Shown here piece by piece: positions 49,384 to 58,981 of a stretch of DNA of 64,000 nt. The stretch covers positions 18,729-82,728 of the forward strand of contig JBGCFD010000046.1 in NCBI GenBank assembly GCA_045106765.1, written 5' to 3'. Position 1 is the stretch's first letter, and each line of letters starts with the position of its first letter. Position numbers and translations under genes: made by a program. The notes below the pieces were generated by a model, which had not been told where the DNA came from, did no database searches, and worked only from the letters and a program-made list of their open reading frames with translations. The stretch comes from Saprospiraceae bacterium. GTDB taxonomy: Bacteria; Bacteroidota; Bacteroidia; Chitinophagales; Saprospiraceae.

Positions 49384-49732
49384 AGTAAGTGTTTTTTAAA
49401 ATTAAAAAAGATGTAAGAGGAATTAAATTTAAATAATTGGAGGGGAAAAATGAAATCCAGAGGAAAAAAAATTACACTTACAAATTTCTAATAAAAACAT
49501 CAATTCCTCAATACCTAAAATATTGATTTTCAATGTCTTATAAAAAAGTAATATGTTTTCTTTTTTGGAAGAAAAGGTCTTTAATCAGATAGAAAAATCA
49601 ATCAAATTTCAATTTTTCCTTTTGTAATAAAATAGTATCTTCAACCTTAAGTTCATAGCAACAAGTATCGACTTTTACAATCAAAATAGACTACCGAAAA
49701 TCCTTTAAAATAATAGACCGAAATTAAGAATT

Positions 49733-52189
49733 ATGATTAGAACTATCCTCCTCCTATCTCTATTTATCTTAGCGAGTTGTAATGCAAAATCTTCCATTCC
49801 TACAACTACAAATACTCCAAAAAACACCATTCTCAAACAGAACATGGTGGATCAAAAAAATGGCTTTTTTAATTTCACATGGGATGAAAAAACAGGCACT
49901 ATCCTTTTGGAAATTGACAAATTTGATACTGAATTTCTTTATGTGAATTCTCTTCCTGCAGGAATGGGTTCCAATGATATCGGATTGGACAGAGGACAAC
50001 TGGGTGCAACACGAATTGTAAAATTTGTTCGAGTCGGAAATAAAGTTTTGATGATGCAGCCTAATTATGATTACCGAGCAGTAAGCGATAATCCTGCGGA
50101 AAGTGAATCGGTGGAGCAAGCATTTGCGCAATCAGTAATTTGGGGTTTTAAAGTAAAAGATGAAAAAGAAAATTCAGTTATAATTGATGCAACTAGTTTT
50201 TTATTACGAGATGCTCACCGAGTTGCAGCTAGATTAGAAAGCAGAAATCAAGGCTCTTATAAAATTGATAAAACACGTTCTGCCATCTATCCTCAGATGT
50301 GTAAGAATTTTCCAAAAAATACAGAGTTCGAGGCAACGATCACTTTTGTTGGAAAAGCAAAAGGTGGATATTTAAGAAGTGTAACTCCAACAGCTGAGGC
50401 TCTTACCCTTCGGATGCATCATTCATTTATAGAATTACCTGATGCGAATTATGAGCCAAGAGTGTTTGATCCTAGAAGTGGTTTTAATGCCATTTCTTAT
50501 CAAGATTATGCAACACCGATTGACCAACCTTTGGTGAAAAAATTTATCCAAAGGCATCGGTTGGAGAAAAAAGATCCTACTGCTACGATGAGTGAAGCAG
50601 TAGAACCAATTGTCTATTATGTGGATCGAGGAGCACCTGAACCAATTCGTTCAGCATTAATCAAAGGAGCCAGTTGGTGGAATCAAGCTTTCGAAGCAGC
50701 AGGTTACAAAGATGCTTTTCAAGTAAAAGTTTTGCCTGATGATGTTGACCCGATGGATGTCAGATATAATGTAATTCAATGGGTACATCGTTCTACGAGA
50801 GGATGGTCGTACGGAAGTTCTGTGACTGATCCTCGAACTGGAGAAATGATTAAAGGTCATGTTTCTTTGGGTTCATTGAGAGTGCGACAAGATTTTTTAA
50901 TTGCACAAGGTTTGATCAAAGCCTACGAAGAAGGAAAACCTGTTTCGCCAAAGATGTTGGAAATGGCCTTAGCAAGATTACGACAATTAGCTGCTCACGA
51001 GATAGGACATACGATTGGTTTGGCACATAACTTTGCAGCAAGTACCAATGATCGAGCTTCGGTGATGGATTATCCGCATCCATATATTACAGCGAATACA
51101 GATGGTAGTTTAAATTTTGATGATGCTTATGATGTTGGAATTGGAGCTTGGGATAAGCGAACTATTTTGTATGGTTATCAAGATTTTCCGAAAGGAACAG
51201 ATCATGCAAAAGCATTGTTAGAAATTTTAAAAGAAAATCAAAATTTAGGTTTACGATATATTTCTGACGCTGATGCTCGACCTGCAGGAAGTGCTCATCC
51301 TTATGCACATCTTTGGGATAATGGAAGTGATCCAGTTTCGGAATTAAATCGTTTGATGGGTGTTCGGGCGACTGCTTTGAAAAATTTTGGTCTGAATAAT
51401 ATTCCGATGAATACACCTCTTTCCAATTTGGAAGAAGTACTAGTGCCATTATTTTTGGCGCACCGATATCAAGTTGAAGCGGCGGTAAAAGTAGTAGGTG
51501 GAGTTGATTATGAATATAGTTCAAAAGGTGATACACCAATAGCTGCAAGAATTGTTGACTACCAAACTCAGATGAAAGCGATCTCTAGTTTGATGAAAAC
51601 CTTGAGTTCAAAAGAGCTAGCCATTCCAAAAAACATTTTGCAACTCATTCCTCCAAAAACATTTAATTCATGGCGAACGAGGGAAAGTTTTAAATCCCGG
51701 ACGGGGTTGACTTTTGATCCAATGGCTGCTGCGGAGAGTTCTGCAAATCATTTAATAACAATGTATTTACATCCCCAGCGAGCTACTCGATTGGTGGAGC
51801 AACATGCAAGAGATCGAAGGAATCCTGGATTACAAACGACCATTAATGCTTTGTTTCAAGCAACTTGGTTTACAGATGACACAGATGCTTATTTCGCAGA
51901 AATTGGGCGAGTTACTGAAAAATTAGTTTTGCAACACTTGATGAAATTGGCGATGAATCAAGATGCAAGTGAACAAGTTAGAGCAGTTAGTTTATATAAA
52001 ATCAAGGAACTCAAAGATTATTTAAATAAAAAAACGTCTGGCAAAGAAATGGAAAAAGCACATGTAATGCATGCACTTTCAATGATCGAACAATTTATGG
52101 ATGATCCTAATGAATGGAAAAATTCTATACCAAAAGGTATGCCTGATGGATCGCCGATTGGGATGGATGCATGCGGGGGGCATTTTTAG
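49733..52189 (+). CDS. Zinc metalloprotease lipoprotein (DUF5117/DUF4953-type)
   Basis: Lipobox LASC and the zinc motif AAHEIGHTIGLAHN....SVMDY. The large N-terminal and C-terminal domains are typical of this Bacteroidota family. Confidence 0.85.
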   Translation: MIRTILLLSLFILASCNAKSSIPTTTNTPKNTILKQNMVDQKNGFFNFTWDEKTGTILLEIDKFDTEFLYVNSLPAGMGSNDIGLDRGQLGATRIVKFVRVGNKVLMMQPNYDYRAVSDNPAESESVEQAFAQSVIWGFKVKDEKENSVIIDATSFLLRDAHRVAARLESRNQGSYKIDKTRSAIYPQMCKNFPKNTEFEATITFVGKAKGGYLRSVTPTAEALTLRMHHSFIELPDANYEPRVFDPRSGFNAISYQDYATPIDQPLVKKFIQRHRLEKKDPTATMSEAVEPIVYYVDRGAPEPIRSALIKGASWWNQAFEAAGYKDAFQVKVLPDDVDPMDVRYNVIQWVHRSTRGWSYGSSVTDPRTGEMIKGHVSLGSLRVRQDFLIAQGLIKAYEEGKPVSPKMLEMALARLRQLAAHEIGHTIGLAHNFAASTNDRASVMDYPHPYITANTDGSLNFDDAYDVGIGAWDKRTILYGYQDFPKGTDHAKALLEILKENQNLGLRYISDADARPAGSAHPYAHLWDNGSDPVSELNRLMGVRATALKNFGLNNIPMNTPLSNLEEVLVPLFLAHRYQVEAAVKVVGGVDYEYSSKGDTPIAARIVDYQTQMKAISSLMKTLSSKELAIPKNILQLIPPKTFNSWRTRESFKSRTGLTFDPMAAAESSANHLITMYLHPQRATRLVEQHARDRRNPGLQTTINALFQATWFTDDTDAYFAEIGRVTEKLVLQHLMKLAMNQDASEQVRAVSLYKIKELKDYLNKKTSGKEMEKAHVMHALSMIEQFMDDPNEWKNSIPKGMPDGSPIGMDACGGHF

Positions 52190-52318
52190 AATATCGAATC
52201 TTGAACAAGGAATAACGATTTAAGAAGTTTGACGATTAGTATCCACATTTTACTTTGAGAAGTATTGTCAAACTTCTCCAATCCTTGTTCTGAAATCGTT
52301 ATTCGATATTCATTTTTT
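52189..52318 (+). terminator. Long multi-helix terminator-like structure with interleaved repeats
   Basis: Helices A 52189-99/52301-11, C 52211-21/52293-303 and D 52223-33/52267-77, followed by tttttt. Helix B 52203-11/52282-90 competes with C. Confidence 0.55.
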
Positions 52319-52344
52319 CTAAAACAACCGATTACCGAATACTC

Positions 52345-52851
52345 ATGAAAAACAACCACTTATTCCTTTTTGTAATTACAATGTTATGTTTCTTTTTTAG
52401 CTGCCAAAAAAAACAATATACTTCAAAGACAATTCAAGGAGAAGAGCCTCGAACTACAAGTTTTTGGTATTATCAAAATAATTTTTTCTTAGATCCTAAT
52501 TTGACAGAATTACGAACTGATGGAATATATTTTAAAATAATTGATACCGATCAATTTGGAGATACCTACAAAACTTTTCGATTTTATGAAGATGGTTTAG
52601 TCATTTCTCATGTGGCCTACAGTACGCCTGAAAAATTAATGGAACTCAATCGGACGACGCAAGGAAATATTCATGGTTATTATAAAGTCAAAAATGATTC
52701 TTTGTTTTTCACGACAAAAGTTTACTATAATCATAGTCCTACTTTTTATACAGGATTTGTTCAATCTGATTCGATGAGTTTAAATAGTATTAATTTTAAG
52801 ACAAGGGAAAGTGATGATCAGGTATTTTATTTTTTGAAAAAAGAAGAGTAG
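52345..52851 (+). CDS. Putative lipoprotein of unknown function
   Basis: Signal peptide ending FFSC. No recognisable family. Confidence 0.55.
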   Translation: MKNNHLFLFVITMLCFFFSCQKKQYTSKTIQGEEPRTTSFWYYQNNFFLDPNLTELRTDGIYFKIIDTDQFGDTYKTFRFYEDGLVISHVAYSTPEKLMELNRTTQGNIHGYYKVKNDSLFFTTKVYYNHSPTFYTGFVQSDSMSLNSINFKTRESDDQVFYFLKKEE

Positions 52852-52902
52852 AGTAATGGTGAACGGTGAATGATTAATCTTCTCCCATAATCATAAAAAG
52901 TA

Positions 52903-53130
52903 ATGAAAACTCAAATAATTAAAGGCATCAATGAGAATAAAGATCTTCTCGATTTAAGAAAATTATTAATTGAATTAAAAAAGGAAGGTGGTACTCAGGA
53001 AGAAGCAATTCAAATTCTTGAAGAAATTAGGATTGAATTTAGAGACGATGAAAATAAAGATGATAGAGTATTGGAGCTTTTAGATTTTGCTTGCAGTTGG
53101 TGTCAAAAACGATTTAAAATTTGGAATTAG
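52903..53130 (+). CDS. Small acidic hypothetical protein
   Basis: 75 aa, predicted helical, with CSWCQ near the C-terminus. It lies just upstream of the restriction endonuclease gene. Confidence 0.45.
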   Translation: MKTQIIKGINENKDLLDLRKLLIELKKEGGTQEEAIQILEEIRIEFRDDENKDDRVLELLDFACSWCQKRFKIWN

Positions 53131-53176
53131 GAGGAAATATTTTTGAAATCAAAAATGAGTATTTAATAAAACAGCA

Positions 53177-53884
53177 ATGGACGAACAGAAACGATTAGAA
53201 TTATTGAACAAAGCCAAAGATTTTTTTCTTAAAGAAATCGTGACTTCTCACGTCAGTAACGGTTTAAAAAAAGCAGGTTCACTTCACAATTATAATGTCA
53301 ATCCCTTTCTTTTTAAATATTTAGCGAACTTCTTGCGAGGCAATGGAAATCCTGAAAGCATGGCGGAAGCATTGATTTTGCCAAGAGTTTTAGGTTCTTC
53401 GATCACGACAACTTTCGGAATGAAAATCCAAAAATTGATTAGTGAATTATTCGAAGGATTTGGTTCAACGACTCATGGAATCGATATCGAATTTATCGAC
53501 GCTATCGACGGTCGAAAAAAATATTGTCAAATCAAATCTGGTCCAAACACCATCAATCATGATGATGTGCAAACGATCTTTGGACACTTCGATGGCATCA
53601 TTAATTTAGCTCGGACGAATAATCTTAACGTTGGTTTTCAAGATTTGATGGTTGGAATTATTTATGGTGAAAAACAAGATTTGTCGTCACACTATAAAAG
53701 TATCGACCAACGATTTCCAGTTTTTATTGGAAAAGATTTTTGGCATCATTTGACTGGCAAAGAAGATTTTTATTATGATTTGATTGATGCGTTTGGAGAA
53801 GTTGCATTGGAAGTAGATGGCGGTGCGGCGCTGAGAATCACAATTCAAAAATTAGCGAGAGAGATTGAGGTGAAATTCAAATGA
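53177..53884 (+). CDS. Putative type II restriction endonuclease (PD-(D/E)xK). An Eco47II-like family is a recollection, not verified.
   Basis: Candidate catalytic motif GIDIEFIDAIDGRKKYCQIKSG (D...E...Q-I-K). It is convergent with, and 13 nt from, a C5 DNA methyltransferase gene. Confidence 0.6.
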   Translation: MDEQKRLELLNKAKDFFLKEIVTSHVSNGLKKAGSLHNYNVNPFLFKYLANFLRGNGNPESMAEALILPRVLGSSITTTFGMKIQKLISELFEGFGSTTHGIDIEFIDAIDGRKKYCQIKSGPNTINHDDVQTIFGHFDGIINLARTNNLNVGFQDLMVGIIYGEKQDLSSHYKSIDQRFPVFIGKDFWHHLTGKEDFYYDLIDAFGEVALEVDGGAALRITIQKLAREIEVKFK

Positions 53885-53897
53885 TTATAATCATTTC

Positions 53898-55115
53898 TCA
53901 TTTTACCTCATTCAAAAATTTGACAATCGCATATCCCACTTCCTTTCCTAAATTCACCGGCACCGCATTTCCAATTTGTTTATACTGTTGCGTCACCGAA
54001 CCTGCAAATTTCCAATCATCAGGAAAAGTTTGAATTCGAGCATATTCTCGCACCGTAAACGGGCGAGTTTCATCAGGATGGCATCGTTCCGTTTGTTTTT
54101 GAGCGGGACTACAAGTCAAAGTCAAGCTAGGTTCATCCCAACTAATTCTTCGAGCCATTCCAGTTTTTCCTCCACCGAGGTAAAAACTTTTTTGCATATA
54201 TTCTTTTTGAATGTCAATAGGCAAGTCTCGCCAATATCCACCTGGAGGAACTAAATCTAACACTACTTTTTTGTGTTCAGGATATTTTGCACCAGGAGAT
54301 TTAGGAACTTTTTTGGGGAAAAGTTCGCCTTTTTTTAATGCATCTTTTAGATTATAAATTTTAGGATAAGGCTTCGGATATTCGAAATCAATATCAATAT
54401 CTTTTCGAATACCGACAAGAATTAATCGCTCTCTTTTTTGCGGTACATTATAATGTATGGCTTTGAGAACATGATGTTCCATCACTCGATAACCCAACTC
54501 ATCCAAAACAGATTTCATTCCTTTCAGCGTTCGTCCGCTGTCGTGATTAACCAGTCCCTTTACATTTTCGCCAATACAAATCTTAGGTTGAACTTCTGAA
54601 ACTGCTCTGGCAAATTCATAAAACAACGTTCCTCTTGCATCTTTAAAACCCAAAGATTTACCAGCATAACTAAACGCTTGGCAAGGAAATCCACCGGTGA
54701 CAACATCCACTTTTCCTTTGTACTTTTTAAAAGAAATATCTCTGACATCTCCTTCTATCACATTCCAATTTGGGCGATTATTTCGCAATGTCTCTGCAGC
54801 CCAATGATCAATTTCATTTAAGGCTTCGCACTTCAATCCTGCTTTTTCTAAGCCTAAAGCTAATCCTCCTGCGCCTGCAAAAAGTTCTAAAACTTTATAC
54901 TCTTTTCTAGGTTTTACAAAATTGCCTTTACCATCTTCATCGAATAGACTACTCAATTCTGGGAACATTTTTAATTGCTCCTTTTTATACATTCGATAGT
55001 TGCTGATCGGTTCTCGAACAGCAACTAATTTTCCACTCCTATCCCATCGCCGCAAAGTTTCTTTGCTTTTACCTAATAATTCAGCGACTTCTGAAATTGA
55101 ATAATAATCCTTCAT
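53898..55115 (-). CDS. DNA (cytosine-5) methyltransferase with an N-terminal MerR/excisionase-type HTH
   Basis: Motif I FAGAGG, IV GFPCQAFS, VI ENV, VIII QKRERL and X GNAVPV. The N-terminus YSISEVAELLGKSKETLRRWDRSGKL is HTH-like. Confidence 0.95.
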   Translation of the reverse strand: MKDYYSISEVAELLGKSKETLRRWDRSGKLVAVREPISNYRMYKKEQLKMFPELSSLFDEDGKGNFVKPRKEYKVLELFAGAGGLALGLEKAGLKCEALNEIDHWAAETLRNNRPNWNVIEGDVRDISFKKYKGKVDVVTGGFPCQAFSYAGKSLGFKDARGTLFYEFARAVSEVQPKICIGENVKGLVNHDSGRTLKGMKSVLDELGYRVMEHHVLKAIHYNVPQKRERLILVGIRKDIDIDFEYPKPYPKIYNLKDALKKGELFPKKVPKSPGAKYPEHKKVVLDLVPPGGYWRDLPIDIQKEYMQKSFYLGGGKTGMARRISWDEPSLTLTCSPAQKQTERCHPDETRPFTVREYARIQTFPDDWKFAGSVTQQYKQIGNAVPVNLGKEVGYAIVKFLNEVK

Positions 55116-55141
55116 TAATAAAATTCTGTATTTATTTTAAT

Positions 55142-55288
55142 ACGTGGTGGTCTGCTTTAGCTGACCTAAAAAAAGTGAAGCGATTTTTTTCTCAAAAAAA
55201 AATTTTAGTATTAAATCATATTTATTTTCTATTTACTTTTTAAGTCGCTGTTCTTCTTTTTTAGGTCAGTTAAAGCAGACCACTACGT
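55142..55288. repeat. Palindromic intergenic element, family A, copy 2
   Basis: acgtggtggtctgctttagctgacctaaaaaaagtgaagcga / tcgctgttcttcttttttaggtcagttaaagcagaccactacgt. It lies in the divergent spacer between the methyltransferase and recQ. Confidence 0.9.
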
Positions 55289-55575
55289 GCTATTTACCGC
55301 AACTCATTGATACTCAGCGCTTAATAAAAATGTTGTTTTTTCAAAAAATACCCCTCTTACTCAACCTTACACATGGTTACAAATGTACCACAGTTTTTAT
55401 TAACACCAAACATCCGAAAAGGTTCTTTTAAAAAATGTGGAAAACTTATTTTTTATGAAAAAGAAATAGGATTATGTATCTTGCTTTTTTTCAAAAACAG
55501 CATTGGATTTTTATTTTTCAGAAAATATTTTAAACATACTTATTTCTTCATTTGAGGAAATCCAATCACTACATT

Positions 55576-57726
55576 ATGACCTTACCTGACGCTAGAATTG
55601 CCCTAAAAAAATTCTTTGGTTACGATAACTTTCGACCGGGCCAAGCTGAAATTGTACAGAACACTTATAATGGAAAAGATACCTTAGTTCTAATGCCTAC
55701 AGGTGGTGGAAAGTCAATTTGTTTTCAGATTCCAGCGATCACTTTAGATGGTATTTGTATTGTTGTTTCGCCTTTGATTTCGTTGATGAAGGATCAAGTA
55801 GAAGCACTTCGTGGCAATGGGATTCCAGCAGCTTTCTACAATAGTTCTTTGTCTAAGGCAGCCGAGCAACAGGTTATTCAAGACATTGATAATCAACAAC
55901 TTAAACTACTTTATGTTTCGCCAGAACGATTGTTGACTCGTAGTTTTTATGATTTGATGCAACAAATGAATATTAGTTTATTTGCCATAGATGAAGCGCA
56001 TTGTATTTCTTCTTGGGGACATGATTTCCGGCCTGAATATACCAAAATGAAGTTCCTCAAAAACTCATTTCCCAAAGTTCCAATTATGGCTTTGACGGCT
56101 ACGGCTGATAAGCTGACTCGAAAGGATATTGTCAATCAGATGGGATTGCGGAATCCTGAAATATTTGTCTCTTCCTTTGACCGACCTAACCTAAGTATCG
56201 AAGTTAGACCAGGACAAAAACGATTGCAGCAGATTGTCAATTTTGTCAAACAAAGACCGAATCAATCAGGTATCGTTTATTGTTTGAGTCGAAAAAACAC
56301 AGAAAATGTTGCTGATAAGTTACGAGCCAACGGAATCAAAGCCACTCATTATCACGCAGGACTTTCGCCGAATATGCGAAGTGAAGTTCAAGAGGATTTT
56401 ATCAATGATCGAGTGCCTATTGTTTGTGCGACCGTTGCCTTCGGAATGGGAATTGACAAGTCAAATGTACGCTGGGTGATTCATTATAATTTGCCTAAAA
56501 ACATCGAAAGCTATTATCAAGAGATTGGTCGAGCAGGTCGAGATGGTGCGAAAGCAGATACGATGTTATTTTGGAGTTATGGTGATGTAAAAATCCTTCG
56601 AGATATTTTGACTGACCCTGCCAATGCAAGTGAACAGACAGAACTCAAAATGACCAAACTCGAACGCATGCGCCACTTCGCTGAAGCGATGCAATGTCGT
56701 CGAAAAATTCTACTCGGTTATTTTAGCGAAACGATGGCAACTGAAAATTGTGGTAATTGTGATATTTGCAAAAATCCACCTCAACGGGTCGATGGAACTT
56801 TGATTGCACAAAAAGCACTTTCTGCCATTGCCCGAACGCAAGAACGAGTAGGGATTAATATTTTGATTGGTATATTAAGAGGTTCTAACCAGCGAGAAAT
56901 TTTTGAAAAAGGATATAACAAAATAAAAACTTACGGCGCTGGTCGAGAGATCAATTTATTTGATTGGCAAAATTATATCATGCAATTATTGAATGCAGGA
57001 TTAATGGAAATTGCCTACGACGAAGGTAGCTCACTCAAATTGACTGCTGCTGCAAAAGCCATTTTATTTGATGGAAAAAAAATAGACCTCGTCAAGCCTG
57101 CTGTTGCTGAAACTCGCAAAGCTGCCGCCAAAAAGAAAGTGGCCGCCAAACCAAAAAGAGAAAGAGTTCGAGACGAATTATTCGAAGCATTGCGAGCGCT
57201 TCGTTTGCAATTGGCGAGAGTGCGAGGTGTCCCACCGTACATTGTTTTTAGTGATAAAACTTTGGAAGAGATGGCTGCTAAACGTCCAACGACCGATGCG
57301 ATGATGAATGAAATCAGCGGAGTTGGTGAACGAAAAATGCATCTTTATGGAGAGCAATTCAAACAAGGTGTAATTGATTTTTTATTAAAAAAAGAAGCGG
57401 CTGGCGAGAAGGTGCAAGGGAGTACGCACATCATTTCTTATTCACTTTATAAAGGTGGAAAAACCATCGAGGAAATTGCAGCGCAACGTGAATTAAAAGA
57501 TACGACAGTTACTGCTCATTTGGCGAAAGCTTATGAACAAGGGGAAGAATTAGACATTTCGACTTTTGTTTCGGAAGAAGAAGTCGATATGATTTTAGGA
57601 ATGTTACACCTGATGGATACTCCTTATAAGATGTTGGATGTGTTTAATTATTTTGAGGAAAAGATGAGTTATGAAAAAATTCGATTTGCATTGGCGCATT
57701 ATTATTTGGAAGAGACAGAGGTATAA
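55576..57726 (+). CDS. recQ: ATP-dependent DNA helicase RecQ
   Basis: Start chosen at the ATG (MTLPDARIALKK). Motifs PTGGGKS, DEAH, the zinc-binding CRRK...CGNCDIC, an HRDC region and a C-terminal HTH-like extension. Confidence 0.95.
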   Translation: MTLPDARIALKKFFGYDNFRPGQAEIVQNTYNGKDTLVLMPTGGGKSICFQIPAITLDGICIVVSPLISLMKDQVEALRGNGIPAAFYNSSLSKAAEQQVIQDIDNQQLKLLYVSPERLLTRSFYDLMQQMNISLFAIDEAHCISSWGHDFRPEYTKMKFLKNSFPKVPIMALTATADKLTRKDIVNQMGLRNPEIFVSSFDRPNLSIEVRPGQKRLQQIVNFVKQRPNQSGIVYCLSRKNTENVADKLRANGIKATHYHAGLSPNMRSEVQEDFINDRVPIVCATVAFGMGIDKSNVRWVIHYNLPKNIESYYQEIGRAGRDGAKADTMLFWSYGDVKILRDILTDPANASEQTELKMTKLERMRHFAEAMQCRRKILLGYFSETMATENCGNCDICKNPPQRVDGTLIAQKALSAIARTQERVGINILIGILRGSNQREIFEKGYNKIKTYGAGREINLFDWQNYIMQLLNAGLMEIAYDEGSSLKLTAAAKAILFDGKKIDLVKPAVAETRKAAAKKKVAAKPKRERVRDELFEALRALRLQLARVRGVPPYIVFSDKTLEEMAAKRPTTDAMMNEISGVGERKMHLYGEQFKQGVIDFLLKKEAAGEKVQGSTHIISYSLYKGGKTIEEIAAQRELKDTTVTAHLAKAYEQGEELDISTFVSEEEVDMILGMLHLMDTPYKMLDVFNYFEEKMSYEKIRFALAHYYLEETEV

Positions 57727-57761
57727 TTTTTATCTCGCCCAACACTTTTTAATATAAATTC

Positions 57762-58151
57762 ATGAAAAATATTTTACTCACAATAGCTGGAATTTTATTT
57801 TTTTGTGCAGCTTACTATATAGGATTTACAAGAACATATGTCATTTATAGTAGCTACCCTAAACCCTACTATCCCATTGAGATAAAAGGAGTTGGAAACT
57901 ATTTACATTTTGCCAATAATGCATCTACAATTGGAGCTTCATATCTAAATCAAAAAACTATAAAAGGAGCAATAGTCTCTTTTAGATCAGGATCATTAGA
58001 AAAAGGAAAAATAGAATATGGTTGTTACAAATCTAGCTTAACTAATGGGTATTTTCCTTTTAAAGGAACTGCTAAAATGCATGCAATCTTTATGTTTCTT
58101 TTATTTGCCGCTGGAAGTTGGTTAATTAGACTTAGTTTTAAAAAAGAGTGA
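57762..58151 (+). CDS. Two-TM membrane protein of unknown function
   Basis: TM helices at both the N-terminus and the C-terminus. Confidence 0.55.
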   Translation: MKNILLTIAGILFFCAAYYIGFTRTYVIYSSYPKPYYPIEIKGVGNYLHFANNASTIGASYLNQKTIKGAIVSFRSGSLEKGKIEYGCYKSSLTNGYFPFKGTAKMHAIFMFLLFAAGSWLIRLSFKKE

Positions 58152-58200
58152 AAATATTATGTATAGATATTTATTACTTGACCAATTAATGCTATGAAAA

Positions 58201-58959
58201 ATGATCACCCTCACCTCTTTCCACATCCCCTTCGAACCCATCATCTTCGGTTACAAAACCAACCCCCACCTTATTCTCGAATACCTCGCCTTCTTTATCG
58301 GCTACCGCTACTACGTTTTTTTAAGAAAGAAAAGTACCGATGCCATATCCTCCAATAATAGATTATCCATCATCGCAGGAGCAATTTTCGGCGCATTAAT
58401 CGGTTCTCGTTTAGTTGGATATTTAGAGCAGCCCATTTTAGAAATGACGATGGAACGATTTATTTATTTACTCAATGTCAAAACGATTATGGGTGGTTTG
58501 TTCGGTGGATTGCTTGGCGTTGAATTTATAAAATGGATCATTGGCGAAAAAGAATCTTCTGGTGATCTTTTTACTTTGCCGATAATCTTGGGAATTTTTA
58601 TTGGACGAATTGGCTGCTTCCTTTCGGGCATCAAGGAATTCACTTATGGAAGTGAAACTACTTTTTTTATGGGAATGGATTTAGGGGACGGAATCAACCG
58701 TCATCCCACTTCACTTTACGAACTTTTCTTTTTGATCGCTCTTTTCTTTTTTCTAAAAAAATTAGGAGAAAAGAAACAGTTGAAGAAAGGTCATGTTTTT
58801 CAATTTTTTATGCTCGCCTATTTTGGTTTTCGATTCCTGATTGAATTTATAAAGCCTAATATTTTTTTTACCTTAGGACTGAGTAGCATTCAATGGCTTT
58901 GTATTATTTGCTACGTTTATTATTGGAAAACAATTTTTAAATATATCGTTCCTAGATAA
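58201..58959 (+). CDS. Divergent prolipoprotein diacylglyceryl transferase (Lgt) family paralog
   Basis: Lgt-like blocks GGLFGGLLG, GRIGCFLSG, RHPTSLYE and YFGFRFLIEFIKP. It is short (252 aa) and differs from the canonical HGGL and GNF positions. Confidence 0.75.
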   Translation: MITLTSFHIPFEPIIFGYKTNPHLILEYLAFFIGYRYYVFLRKKSTDAISSNNRLSIIAGAIFGALIGSRLVGYLEQPILEMTMERFIYLLNVKTIMGGLFGGLLGVEFIKWIIGEKESSGDLFTLPIILGIFIGRIGCFLSGIKEFTYGSETTFFMGMDLGDGINRHPTSLYELFFLIALFFFLKKLGEKKQLKKGHVFQFFMLAYFGFRFLIEFIKPNIFFTLGLSSIQWLCIICYVYYWKTIFKYIVPR

Positions 58960-58981
58960 TTTGAATGAATATCACCAGCTA

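Noticed and set aside
20131-52870. The shared 8-mer ggtgaacg after two stop codons (near 20132 and 52864) as a third repeat family
   Set aside because: An 8-mer is expected to recur by chance about twice in 64 kb on both strands, and there is no extended similarity around it.
55373-55555. The 60-aa plus-strand ORF upstream of recQ
   Set aside because: It is an AT-rich, Phe/Lys-rich translation of promoter-like spacer DNA that runs into the recQ start region.
55552-55575. A TTG-initiated 8-codon extension of recQ
   Set aside because: The ATG at 55576 gives the canonical RecQ N-terminus, and nothing supports the extension.
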